DNA of 64,000 nucleotides from Octopus sinensis (Eukaryota), in assembly GCF_006345805.1 (NCBI RefSeq), contig NC_042997.1:80042001-80106000 (forward strand). Reading direction: 5' to 3'. The notes beneath the pieces are model-generated. The model worked only from the letters and a program-made list of their open reading frames with translations. It was not told where the DNA came from and did no database searches. Position numbers and translations under genes: made by a program. Shown here one piece after another: positions 46,401 to 54,150 of this stretch (position 1 is the first letter of the stretch; each line of letters opens with the position of its first letter).

Positions 46401-47702
46401 GAAAGGTAGAGTACAGCAGGATTTAACTTAGAATGTAAAGAGCCAGAACAAATACTGCAAAGCATTTTGTCTGATGTTCTAATGATTCTCCCTTTTAAAA
46501 CATCAAATGCAATTATATTTAATTATTTCTTTTGATCTAACTTCTTTAACATACACAACTTTCTCTGAATCAGTCTTAGTATTATTTTGATTTCTTACAG
46601 AATATTCTAAATTCAGTTGTGCTTCCTTATCAGCAAGACACCTATATTTGTCTCACTATAACCTTTTTATAATCACTTCCTCCTCTCTTAAAAGTTTTTG
46701 CCTTGCAAGTACTTGATGACCCTGTCAGTGCAGGTGCCACTTAAAAGCACCCAGTTCACACTCTAAAGTGGTTGGTATTCTAAAGGGCATCCAGCTAAAA
46801 CTGACCTCACCTGTGCTTGTGCCACATAAAAAGCACTAACTCCTCTCTGCTGAGTGGTTGGTATTAGGAAGGACATCCAGCTGTAAAAATCTTGCCAAAA
46901 CAGTCACAGAAGACTGGTGCAGGCCTGGCCGGTTCTTGTGGTACCGTCCCACCCATGCTAGCATGGAACACTGACATTGAATTATGATGATGATGGTGAT
47001 GATAATGATATGCATCATACATAATAACCTAATTATCAAACATTTTATCAGAGAAAATTGAGTGTTTAACGAGTAATAAATTAGTCTTCCTTTTGCCTCC
47101 TAGTTTTATTGAATAACTGACAGTTTATGCAGCATCTAAATTAAGTTTAGTAGTGTATGCAGAAGGCATGTATATATAAATTCATGAAGTTGTATATCAG
47201 AGCAAGAATATCTTTTAGCAGAATTGAATTCTTCTTAAGTTGTCATTTTTGTTTGTGTTTGTGTGTGATTTCATCAACATATACTTATTTACAACAGTGA
47301 TGTTCATATAGACTGAGTAATGACATGACCAACTCACTCTACATAGAGCTCACATTAACACACACTGGTAAATGAGTAAAATTTCAAGCCCAGAACAAAA
47401 TATTGTAGATAAGTTGCATGTAGTTTTATGCAATTGTTTTTAGAGAAAACAAGTATGAAAGGTGGCTGGGGTAGTCTAATATTAATCTGAGTCTTCATTT
47501 TGATGGCTTCTAAAAAGCTGTGTATCAATCTAAATTTATTTCATTTTGCCAAGAATATAGTTTCTCTGTTCTATATATTCTCTTTTTTATTTTGCAGGAA
47601 GATGATCGGAAATGTAGTGGTTCAGCCAATCTTCCATCTTATTTTGTTCTGTTGACAGCCCTCTTTCTGCTTCGCTTGTGTGTTTATTTAAGTGATAGTT
47701 GA
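8726..47702 (+). CDS. CACNA2D: Voltage-dependent calcium channel subunit alpha-2/delta (CACNA2D family), 3' part: 20 coding exons, 1599 nt, 532 aa plus stop; 5' part lies upstream of the window
   Basis: Twenty GT-AG exons splice in frame. Translation matches alpha2-delta motifs recalled from human alpha2-delta-1: DFLEVEVENEQK, RRMIDGESG, NRTYSF, LIAPWEY, FVGTNGGLT.VYP, YYQRA..DYFVYTAPY, C...D.L.CYLLDDG, VGQFLG.VD, DFQATC, SCI....YY, CENCSR, PRYRKRPGEC, then a hydrophobic tail. Paralog number cannot be assigned by eye. Confidence 0.96.
9121..9355 (+). mobile_element. hAT-type MITE remnant
   Basis: Begins CAGTGATTCTCAAC (Charlie-like terminus) and contains paired GG.TCCATA motifs; right terminus eroded. 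Confidence 0.45.
9475..9546 (+). CDS. CACNA2D: CACNA2D exon (72 nt, 0-0): LRRRMIDGESGTMEIQTFVVSPDG
   Basis: ttttctag acceptor, gtaagt donor; matches IRNKMIDGESGE. Confidence 0.95.
10650..10711 (+). CDS. CACNA2D: CACNA2D exon (62 nt, 0-2): NHAWLENRTYSFVPIQETSF(S)
   Basis: tctag acceptor, gtaatg donor; matches GNRTYTWTPVNGTDYS. Confidence 0.93.
12920..13915 (+). mobile_element. 5'-truncated RTE-clade LINE with (GAT)n tail
   Basis: GGGCSECVTTRIRIAWAKFRKLLPLLVTKGLSL; same family as 3585-4803; 3' UTR differs partly. Confidence 0.92.
13918..14419. mobile_element. Tc1/mariner-type MITE, about 125-bp TIRs, TA target duplication
   Basis: 13918-14041 is the reverse complement of 14296-14419 (includes the perfect block GACCTACACATTTCCACTACACA); TA at 13916-17 and 14420-21. 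Confidence 0.85.
14696..14755. repeat. (AT)n microsatellite; similar tracts near 15012-15070, 26838-26862, 27172-27231, 33422-33452, 52818-52869, 53115-53157
   Basis: Direct reading of the sequence. Confidence 0.95.
15255..15322 (+). CDS. CACNA2D: CACNA2D exon (68 nt, 2-1): (S)LCISVPSHQKKYMQPMGITVHE
   Basis: ttacag acceptor, gtaaat donor; phase fits both neighbours; aligns to SLALVLP. Confidence 0.88.
16150..17150 (-). mobile_element. Highly decayed RTE-like LINE (RT domain end)
   Basis: Minus-strand ISFRINSSKLEVMNIN resembles GL.IN..KT.VM; downstream FNRLLKRY; higher GC than flanks. Confidence 0.5.
17521..18792 (-). mobile_element. Full-length but inactivated mariner transposon (1272 bp)
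   Basis: TIRs TCAGGTCATCCCATAA(G/A)TT.TGTCTGA at both ends, TA duplications at 17519-20 and 18793-94; transposase motifs WMPHEL, GDKKW, HQDNA, HPPYSPNFAPSGY; frameshifts. Confidence 0.95.
19259..19478. mobile_element. piggyBac-type MITE
   Basis: TTAA-CCTTTTA...TAAAAGG-TTAA; second family member at 62338-62556. Confidence 0.85.
20650..20698 (+). CDS. CACNA2D: CACNA2D exon (49 nt, 1-2): (A)KALLHSNLSAMLIAP(W)
   Basis: ttctag acceptor, gtatgt donor; IAP(W) motif. Confidence 0.9.
21868..21953 (+). CDS. CACNA2D: CACNA2D exon (86 nt, 2-1): (W)EYYSGYSKEDNITMTAEDLINVLDYTND
   Basis: Pyrimidine tract plus tgtag acceptor, gtaagt donor; completes WEY motif. Confidence 0.9.
22200..23530 (-). mobile_element. 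Decayed CR1/Jockey-like LINE reverse transcriptase
   Basis: Minus-strand KQLRPELVSILTKVSLSL, LLYINN...PNDTTFH and NLVSCN motifs match RT domains; many stops. Confidence 0.7.
23659..23755 (+). CDS. CACNA2D: CACNA2D exon (97 nt, 1-2): (H)DNYLMQLLFWDANITKKMELYWHDVDIFPQF
   Basis: tttcag acceptor, gtatgt donor; aligns to [20 protein letters not shown]; overlaps ORF 23673. Confidence 0.92.
24100..24300 (+). mobile_element. 3' part of tRNA-SINE (family of 7719)
   Basis: CCAGCATGGCCACAGTCAACAGGCTGAAACAAGTAAAA tail. Confidence 0.6.
25416..25484 (+). CDS. CACNA2D: CACNA2D exon (69 nt, 2-2): (K)FREDVIATFVGTNGGLTMVYPA
   Basis: tttcag acceptor, gtatga donor; matches ARFVVTDGGITRVYP. Confidence 0.95.
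26671..26837 (-). mobile_element. Short antisense RTE 3' tail
   Basis: Close reverse-complement match to 4640-4795 with (CAT)n. Confidence 0.9.
26865..27002 (+). mobile_element. 3' part of tRNA-SINE (family of 7719)
   Basis: Near-identical to 7978-8107. Confidence 0.9.
27032..27163 (-). mobile_element. tRNA-derived SINE head of a different family
   Basis: Reverse complement GGAGGCGCAATGGCCCAGTGGTTAGGGCAGCGG...GGTTTCAATTCCCAG has A and B boxes. Confidence 0.75.
27462..27565 (+). CDS. CACNA2D: CACNA2D exon (104 nt, 2-1): (S)EKDRYVMWRDVWKADYYQRAMQVDYFVYTAPYRK
   Basis: ttccag acceptor, gtttgt donor; matches FYKRSLDNDNYVFTAPY. Confidence 0.95.
28810..28887 (+). CDS. CACNA2D: CACNA2D exon (78 nt, 1-1): (G)SVENSTAPPITVVKSVKINNSIKTA
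   Basis: ctctag acceptor, gtaaga donor; aligns to IMVSKAVEI...KPAV. Confidence 0.9.
29027..29301. mobile_element. Fold-back/MITE-like palindrome, about 115-125-bp arms with 36-nt spacer
   Basis: 29027-29150 is the reverse complement of 29187-29301 with few mismatches and one indel. Confidence 0.85.
29630..29900 (-). mobile_element. Antisense tRNA-derived SINE (decayed)
   Basis: Reverse complement begins TGAAGGCACGTGGCTTAGTGGT; GCTCAAGAACACAAC and GAGTGAACTGGAACAAC core motifs. Confidence 0.6.
31059..31228 (+). CDS. CACNA2D: CACNA2D exon (170 nt, 1-0): (V)IGVTMNHSRIMEELLTASDYGSSDQYHCRDSDKLICYLLDDGAFVISTNQEDKLGA
   Basis: tttcag acceptor, gtaagt donor; C..DSD...C.LLDDG motif; ORF 31058. Confidence 0.96.
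31547..31796. mobile_element. Mariner-derived fold-back MITE (Hsmar1/MADE1-like TIR), about 90-bp arms
   Basis: TTGGGTTGGTGCATAATTATTGCGGCTTTTTT at both ends; spacer encodes LPSKWEAVIGVDGEYAPE* on minus (mariner C-terminus); right TA intact. Confidence 0.9.
31800..32962 (+). mobile_element. Non-autonomous Helitron
   Basis: A|TC start (TCTACTACATAT) and CTAG|T end preceded by a decayed GC-rich hairpin; internal about 170-bp direct repeat (31885-32075 vs 32160-32310). Confidence 0.75.
34018..34225 (+). mobile_element. Short RTE-type 3' tail with triplicated GCCAYGTAAAAAGCAC module
   Basis: Matches the terminal 200 bp of the other RTE tails. Confidence 0.75.
34356..34426 (+). CDS. CACNA2D: CACNA2D exon (71 nt, 0-2): VGQFLGNVDRGLMFGLLNRTVYV
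   Basis: ctcag acceptor, gtaagt donor; matches [22 protein letters not shown]. Confidence 0.95.
35390..35570 (+). mobile_element. Short RTE-type 3' tail
   Basis: GTACACTCTGTAAATTGGTTGGCATTAAGAAGAGCATCCAGCC...CAACCCATGCCAGCATGGAAA. Confidence 0.8.
36763..36841 (+). CDS. CACNA2D: CACNA2D exon (79 nt, 2-0): (K)HEVSDFQATCQRKAKKSAGGLKNIRV
   Basis: tttag acceptor, gtaatt donor; matches YDYQSVC...GAG. Confidence 0.94.
37081..37292 (+). mobile_element. SINE (GGTGGCAAGCTGGCAGAA head; GCCTTTCAT..GGGGTCAATAAAT core), first of a tandem pair
   Basis: B-box-like GAGTTCAAATTC; flanked by AATATTTAATCTGC duplication. Confidence 0.9.
37307..37518 (+). mobile_element. SINE, same family, different tail subfamily, second of the tandem pair
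   Basis: Same core; followed by ATATCTAATCTGC. Confidence 0.88.
38041..38102 (+). CDS. CACNA2D: CACNA2D exon (62 nt, 0-2): PSVNLLYEMLSWKWWFNKVA(W)
   Basis: ttccag acceptor, gtgagt donor; matches PSVADILQIGWWATAAAW. Confidence 0.94.
38534..38560 (+). CDS. CACNA2D: CACNA2D microexon (27 nt, 2-2): (W)SYFSFNIY(N)
   Basis: ttttag acceptor, gtaagt donor; completes the W codon; FNIYN resembles the FNL.SWW motif of alpha2-delta-3/4. Confidence 0.85.
38644..38853 (+). mobile_element. SINE, same family
   Basis: Same core; TSD AATATTACTGTATGT / AATATCACAGTATGT. Confidence 0.88.
39470..39775 (+). mobile_element. tRNA-derived SINE of another family (decayed)
   Basis: CCAGTTCAATTCC B-box-like motif then TGTGTTCTTGAGCAAGATGCTTTATTTCACATTGCTCC. 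Confidence 0.55.
40424..40492. repeat. (CT)n about 57 nt plus (AC)n, 68 nt upstream of microexon 40560
   Basis: Direct reading of the sequence. Confidence 0.95.
40560..40588 (+). CDS. CACNA2D: CACNA2D microexon (29 nt, 2-1): (N)WFFSEPINF(A)
   Basis: tttgcag acceptor, gtacgt donor; needed to restore phase between exons 38534 and 41896. Confidence 0.85.
41180..41372 (+). mobile_element. Short RTE-type 3' tail
   Basis: GTTGGCATTAGAAAGAGCATCCAGCC...CAGCATGGAACAGCGATGTTAAATGATGAT. Confidence 0.75.
41896..42013 (+). CDS. CACNA2D: CACNA2D exon (118 nt, 1-2): (A)YAEEEGESESCIMNRIQYYWPSSTFNSMSGIVPCENCS(R); contains the probable alpha2/delta cleavage region
   Basis: tttag acceptor, gtaaat donor; matches SCITEQTQYFF...SGVLDCGNCSR. 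Confidence 0.96.
42150..44215 (-). mobile_element. Decayed hAT transposase
   Basis: Minus-strand CIIYDGTTD....QESIIVHYV (first catalytic D), HYGSHSLELV (CxxH-equivalent), MHPTCW (PTRW); many stops and frameshifts; TIRs not identified. Confidence 0.75.
44236..44640 (+). mobile_element. Two tandem SINE copies (44236-44399, 44431-44640) separated by (ATT)n
   Basis: Both have GGCAAGC.GG.AGAATTGTTAGCA heads and GAGTT(C/T)AAATT boxes. Confidence 0.85.
44703..44809 (+). CDS. CACNA2D: CACNA2D exon (107 nt, 2-1): (R)EFRVVRLMYSNLVLVVTELECNECSYTEINQEPEE
   Basis: ttctag acceptor, gtaggc donor; matches IFHGEKLMNTNLIFIMVE..CPC; inside ORF 44566. Confidence 0.94.
45206..45424 (+). mobile_element. SINE, same family
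   Basis: Same core; TSD AATATTATTATT on both sides. Confidence 0.88.
45821..45894 (+). CDS. CACNA2D: CACNA2D exon (74 nt, 1-0): (V)KPNFCESQPRYRKRPGECYKYDAR
   Basis: aacag acceptor, gtaagt donor; PRYRK.P..C motif. Confidence 0.96.
46705..47010 (+). mobile_element. RTE-type 3' tail with internal duplication and (GAT)n end
   Basis: Two GTGCCAC..AAAAGCAC modules; CCCATGCTAGCATGGAA tail. Confidence 0.8.
47598..47702 (+). CDS. CACNA2D: CACNA2D last coding exon: EDDRKCSGSANLPSYFVLLTALFLLRLCVYLSDS*, GPI-anchor-type signal
   Basis: tttgcag acceptor; ED..C(S/G)G small-residue omega region, spacer, hydrophobic stretch and very short tail; TGA TAA double stop. Confidence 0.95.
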   Translation, partial: EDDRKCSGSANLPSYFVLLTALFLLRLCVYLSDS

Positions 47703-50700
47703 TAACAGATTACATATTATGATACAAACACCCATCCCATTCTTTACTACCCAATGATTTTGTCTTTGTACACCACAATAACATATTTGTTGCATATACA
47801 AACCTCTTGAGAGGCCAGATCTACAATCTAATTGAAAAAAAAAATGTTTTCATTTAATTATAAATTGAATCATTTTTTTTTTTACCACAGTATTAATAAA
47901 ATATGTTGTTCTAAATTACTAAGTTTTTATAAGTTTGCAAGAAATCAAAGAAAAAACAAAAAACTGGCAATTACGGATTCTTTCTAGTACATAAAAAATT
48001 ATATAGTATTTTATATCTTTTTCCTCTGAATTTTTTAATTTCTTTTTTGTTTCTTACTCCCTCTCTCCCCCATTTTTTGTTATTTATTTTGTTGTTCAAT
48101 TGGTGAATTTCAGGATGGGGGATAAAACTATTTTTTATTTAAATTTTATATACAAATTAATTGAAAGTTTTTACTCTTCCTAACAAGTTTATTTTCTCAT
48201 GGTTTAAAAAAAAAATCTATCTCCAATTTATTCCATTCCACTGTTTGCAGTGATAAAATTTTCATTAAAACTCATAACCTCAGTGGATTGAATATCAAAA
48301 TTAAGAAAGTGCAAATTTAAGTTGCTAATAACCAGCCTTCATTATTTAATGAAAGTTGTATTTTTTAGTTTTCTTCATACAAAAAAAAAAAAGGAAAATA
48401 ATTGAAAATTTTCAATAATATATTGATGGAAAACAGTGCTTTCTAATGAAGTATTTTGTATGTCATTTTAACTTTAAAAATCATTTTTTCTAGGAAAAAC
48501 TTATATATGCTTTACATTTAACCCATCCAATATTTTGTGCATGTGTATGTAAGCTTTTAAAATATCTGATTATAAAACATATTTGTAAAAACTATTTTTT
48601 TTTTAAACATTGTTATGAATTCCACCATTCTGTGAGTGATTGCTTTCCTGGGAAATCACTGTAATTTGTTAGTTTTTATTATCCCATCATTTTAATTTTG
48701 TATCATCTAGAAATGTGTTAACTATTTCTTGTTTTATCTCAGTTAAGTATAGAAAGTCAGTGCCGTGCAGATAAAATGTCTACTAGCTCTAGTAACCGTC
48801 CATTATACATGGAGACAGTTGGACACGAAGGATGTATCAGTTTTTCGACTTGGTGGAAATCCTGTCAGTATTTTTTTTTATACAATTACATATCATTAAA
48901 TTATCACATGAAATTAAACTAGTTCAGTAACTACATTTAAAATTTTCATGTTAATTTTTATTGTCATTCTCAAATTAAATTTTATAGCAATACTCAGCAT
49001 AAGATAAAAGGGTAATTTATGTTCCTTTATTATTCACAGTTTATTATTAGCCAAGTCGACAGCTGGTTTCAGTTCTCATCTGAAGCTGCAAATGTCCTTG
49101 AGAAAAGCATGTACATCTCACAATCTCATTCTTTTCCTCTACAAATTTGTGGCTGTGTGTCTAAGTAGAAAATCAATATTTAAAATTTGGATGAGTGTTA
49201 TAGAGTAAGAGATAAGCTCCTGGCAAACTAAGCTCTCAATTTAGTTAAAATTTTTGGTTGACACTATTTGATATTATATCTTTGAGAAAAGCATCAACAT
49301 TACAACATCCCTTTTCCCATAAATATGTGGCTTGTGCCTATGTAAGAAATATTTTGATTTTTTTAATTTTGCATATGTTTTATATGTACATATTTTTTTG
49401 CATAAGATTTATCAAGTAATTTTAATTTTCACATCAGCCTTACATCTTTTAAATTGTTATTAAATGCAATTATACGTATCTCTTAACTGATTACAAATTT
49501 CATGAACTGATCATATATTTCCCAGTTGGGAAATTTAACAACTATGTTGCTAATTTTAAATCAGACAAGCTTAGAACTTTTCACAAAATATATTTTTTAA
49601 ATAGTTTATCGAAACTGAAAAATCTACCCATTTAATTTTAAATGTATTTTGATTTATTTAAATATAATTATTAACTTAACTCGAAATGTTTCAGTTAACC
49701 TTTTTCGAAAGTGAAAATAAGTTGTTGAACATACTGGAACTTAGATAATTAATAATCTAGCTTAATTTCTTTTTATTGGATTACAGTCAACATTTTACTG
49801 TTACCCCAATATTTTGTTGTTTTCAGATGTAAGATGCAATGGTTGAACAGATAAGATACAAATTTTCTTTGATTCATGTGTTATTCATTAATTTGTATCT
49901 CACTTCAAACATTACATTGTGTATCAAGGCAAGACACCTAACTCTACTTGCCTATGGCTTTTATGCCAGGTTGAATGAATTATTGTTATTTTAGATAACT
50001 GTTCCTCTAGTTATTTAAAACCTGCTTATTCTAGAATAATATTGTTTTGTTTTTCTTTTACTTGTATTATAAGTATTGTTTATTTAAAAACAAAAAATAT
50101 TTTTTAAAATGTATGAATTTTACTGTTCATTTGCAACCAGATAAAATGACTTAAAATTGCATTTAGTTAAAAATCTCGTAAATGTGATATTGACATTTTC
50201 TCTTTTATTTCTGGGATACTTTCTACATAATTGCAGTGTTATATAAAGCCAAATTAACATCTTTTAATGATCACATTTTGAATTAGTCATCACAAGAGAA
50301 AGATGTGATATTAATAAATTCATTATGTATGATAATTACTTTTGAATATTTGACAATGATAATAAAAAAAAAAGCTTAAAACAGCTGCATTCTTCAAATA
50401 TATCCAAAGAAATTATCAAAAAGAAAATAATTCTAGTGTTACTGCTGCATTTGTCTAATCCAGTGAGCCAAAACAGTTAACTTTTTATTAAATCTCATTG
50501 TTTCACTTTTTTTTTAAAGTAATACTTTGTTTTTTATGTTCATAGAATAAACATATGAAAAGCATTTGTTTTATTAATCTCATCAACAATCTGCATAATT
50601 AGTTATTAGCATTGCTTTTACTTAAAACTTTCATTTGGCAACTATAGTCTATTTTAACTGGTTGTGTAATCACTATATATCACTTGTTTTACCTCTTTTT

Positions 50701-53114
50701 ACTTTTCTTTATTCCCAGAGCATGTCATATAGTGTGCATGTGATTGTGGCACAATTCATCAGTGTATATGATGCCACAAGTATTCCAGTTATTCCAATTG
50801 TTTACATGTCATTTCAGATGGTTAAATACGAAATTCACAAACAGCTCATGCACAGGAAATATTCAGTATTTATTTTTTCACACAAACAGATTTAATCCCT
50901 ATAGTAAATGCAGTGTTGTTGCTACCCTGTGTAGAATTCACACAGGACTCTCTTTATACCTTAATTCCAGTAATGATGTTATAGTGATTCAATGACAACT
51001 ACTCATTGCTAAAAAAAAAAAACATTTCATTACCATGACAGCTCAGTCTTTATTCATACTGAATTATTTATTCTGACTTACCGAGTGTTTTGTGTGTGTG
51101 TATGTGATATGTTAGAACTGTAAAACTTCACAGCATCAATACTCCAAGCTTCTCATAGTAGTAAATGGGGAGACAACCAGTAAAGAGTCATCTAACAACT
51201 TCATGTGTGAAGAACTGTAAGGCTACTATATCAGTTACTATCTTTCTAGTTGGATTAATCTAAACTATACATGGTTGTTTGTATGTGTGTGTGTACACAC
51301 ACAGACATGTAGTTCCAGTAAAGTTCATAATTTAAACTAAGTACATATGTGGAAAAAAGAAATCTGCAGGTTTAGATTTGTTCACTGTGAGTAGAACTAA
51401 AGTGTTTTTAATTTATTTCTCTCAGATGAAGTCCAGTTCTAAGATGTCAAATTCTTCTTCTCCCCACAGCATATTAAATTATCCAAACTTTTGAACATCA
51501 GTAATTTTCACTAACATACACTACCAAAAGTTTTCTCAGACACAGATTTTACTTATATATGTGTGTGTGTATGAGAAATAACATATATTCTCATACACAC
51601 ACACATGTGCATATGTGTAACGTAAATAAAATCAAAAAACTTGACCATAAGATAATTGTAAGATATACTGTGGTGGACTGTATTCAAAAGTATATTGAGA
51701 AGTAACTTCTGTAAATCCTGTAAATTTTGCACACAGACAGATTTCTAAGACTAGATAACATTCAGTATCTCTCTTTCTCTCGGTATATATAGATAAACAA
51801 ACACACATGTATGTACATACATACAAATTTATATATATATACACACATGCATATTTATATACACACATATGTATATACATGTACACTAGTGTGTGTGTAT
51901 AATATATATATTTCATGAGTGTATATGCAGATGAAATATACATTTATGTGTGTCCGTGTCCTTTATACATGTTTATACAAAAATACTTATATATTTACAC
52001 ATATGTGTATATGTATACATATATATTCATAAAAGTATTTGTATTCATGTGTGTGTATTATATATATATAATGTTGAAAACTATGTTCCCATATAGCCCT
52101 TTTTTGAGGGTGTTCCAATTTTATTTTTTATCAACACTTCCCGATTGTCTCAGCCTCATACAAAAACTCCCTAATATTAAATACTAAACTGGGACTTAGT
52201 CATGTTTTAGACATGTTATACATACACACATATATGTGCATGTGTTATGTTGACAACTGCCAGTATGAAACCCTGGGTTCTGGAAAGGTAAAACAAATTC
52301 TACTAAATAGAATTATCCAGCTTTCCAGTGTCAAGTATACAGTCTTTTAATGAATACTAGCTTACAGGTATCTATCTGTCTGCCTATCTGCATATATATA
52401 TTATGAGGTAGATAGTTTAAGTTTATATGTATATGTGTATATTTAGGTAATATCATTAGAATTATATACACTTTCAAGAGAATGTGAATTTTTTTTTTTT
52501 TTGTAATATTGGCCTCAAAGCACATATAGAGCTATGAATAAAACCATTTAAATATTGGGCTGAAAAACCTTTTTGACTAGAAAAAGTTGAGAGCTGCCTG
52601 TGGTTTGAGTCCCAGAGACAGCTTTAAACTTTTTATATCATAAAGGATTTTTCAGTCCAATTTTTACATGCTATGTATATATATAGCTTTTACCTGCTAT
52701 ATATATAGCTTTATATGTGCTCCGAGACCAATATTACAAAAAAAGAAAATTATGTGTATATATTTGTATGTATAGGTTTTTATATATATTTGTATATATA
52801 CTTATATGCATGTGTGTGTATATATATATATATATATAATATATATATATATATTATATATATATATATAAAGAGAGAGAGAGATTTATGTATACACAGA
52901 GAGATGAATGTATGTAAGGATATGTGTGTATACAAACATATACACATGTATGCACACCTTCACACACATATAATTTAAGACAATCTTGTCGCCTGTTCCA
53001 CTGGAGCTCCAGATTACATATGCAACTGGACTGGCTTAAATACACTATTGCACTCTACATTTGTATTGGGTACTCTTTCTCTGGAATGTCACCCAACTTT
53101 GAATATGTACGAGC

Positions 53115-53151
<37 letters not shown>

Positions 53152-53199
53152 ATATATAACGTGTGTGTGTGTATTTAATTCTATATTTCACCTTGTTTA

Positions 53200-54150
53200 T
53201 TTATTTTTCTATGCTAGCATGGTTTAGATGTTTATTATTGAAGCATTGCTTTACAGCTAAATGACCTTCTTGTTGCTAACCTTAACTTCTCTTTGAAGTA
53301 ACAGACTTCTTACTTCTCATGTCTTCTAAGGCACAATGTGAGCAGATAATTTGTTGACAAGAGATATGATGACAACATGGCTTGTAGTAATTTTTCATAG
53401 AGTACAAATCTAAACTCACACACACTCAGTCATATGATGGTTTTCCTTCAGTTGCATTCTACCAGATTCTTTCACAACTCTTTGTTTGAGCTAGAGCTAT
53501 GGTAGAAGACACTTATTCAAGGTCCTACTGTATATGGTTGTATGATTGAGAAGACTGCTTCTCAATCATATTTTCAAATTCAGTCCCACTGTGTGGCACT
53601 TTGGGTGAGTGTCTTCTACAATATCTCTGGGGCAAACAAAGCCTTGTAAATGGATTTGGTAGACAGACTGAAGGCAGCCTATAACATACAATATGTATGT
53701 GTGTGTGTTTTAATATTTCACTTAGGCATTGTGATACTAATAACCTGGTGTAAAACTCAATATACGTGTTCTTTTGAATGAAGTATTAGTCAAGTATAGA
53801 GTGGTAATAAGAAAAAGATAACAAAAGAATAAATGATAATCATATAAACTTCATTAGCTTACAACTGTTCCCACTATAAGATGCAGTGGACTTTTAATTG
53901 AGTACCTCCTTTGTCATCTCTTTTCTTACACACACACACTATTGTGTGTGCATGAGTGTGTTTGCTTGTCTTGACATCACTCCTTTACAATCATCTGTGA
54001 AAAATGTCTAGCTAAGGGGAAATATTACCTTGCTTAGAATCAGATGAGGGTTACTGACAGTAAGGACAACCAACAGTTGAAAATCTACCTCAACAAATTT
54101 CGTCTAACCCATACAAGCAAGAAAAAGTGGATATTAAAATGATTATATAT
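53200..54150. mobile_element. Cluster of decayed SINEs: antisense copy about 53200-53530, sense copies about 53570-53700 and 53930-54150
   Basis: AGAAGACAC..CAAG motif on both strands; GGGGAAATATTACCTTGCTT...AACCCATACAAGCA tail. Confidence 0.6.
53714..53812 (+). repeat. Unclassified interspersed repeat; second copy at about 12652-12750
   Basis: ATTTCACTTA(A/G)GCAT.GTGATACTAATAA.CTGGTGT..AACTCA.TATAC shared by both loci. Confidence 0.7.

Noticed and set aside
47700-47708. Stop-codon readthrough of CACNA2D
   Set aside because: TGA is followed immediately by TAA.
48240-48262. CAGTGA loop as an iron-responsive element
   Set aside because: The bulged C is mispositioned and the upper stem does not pair fully.
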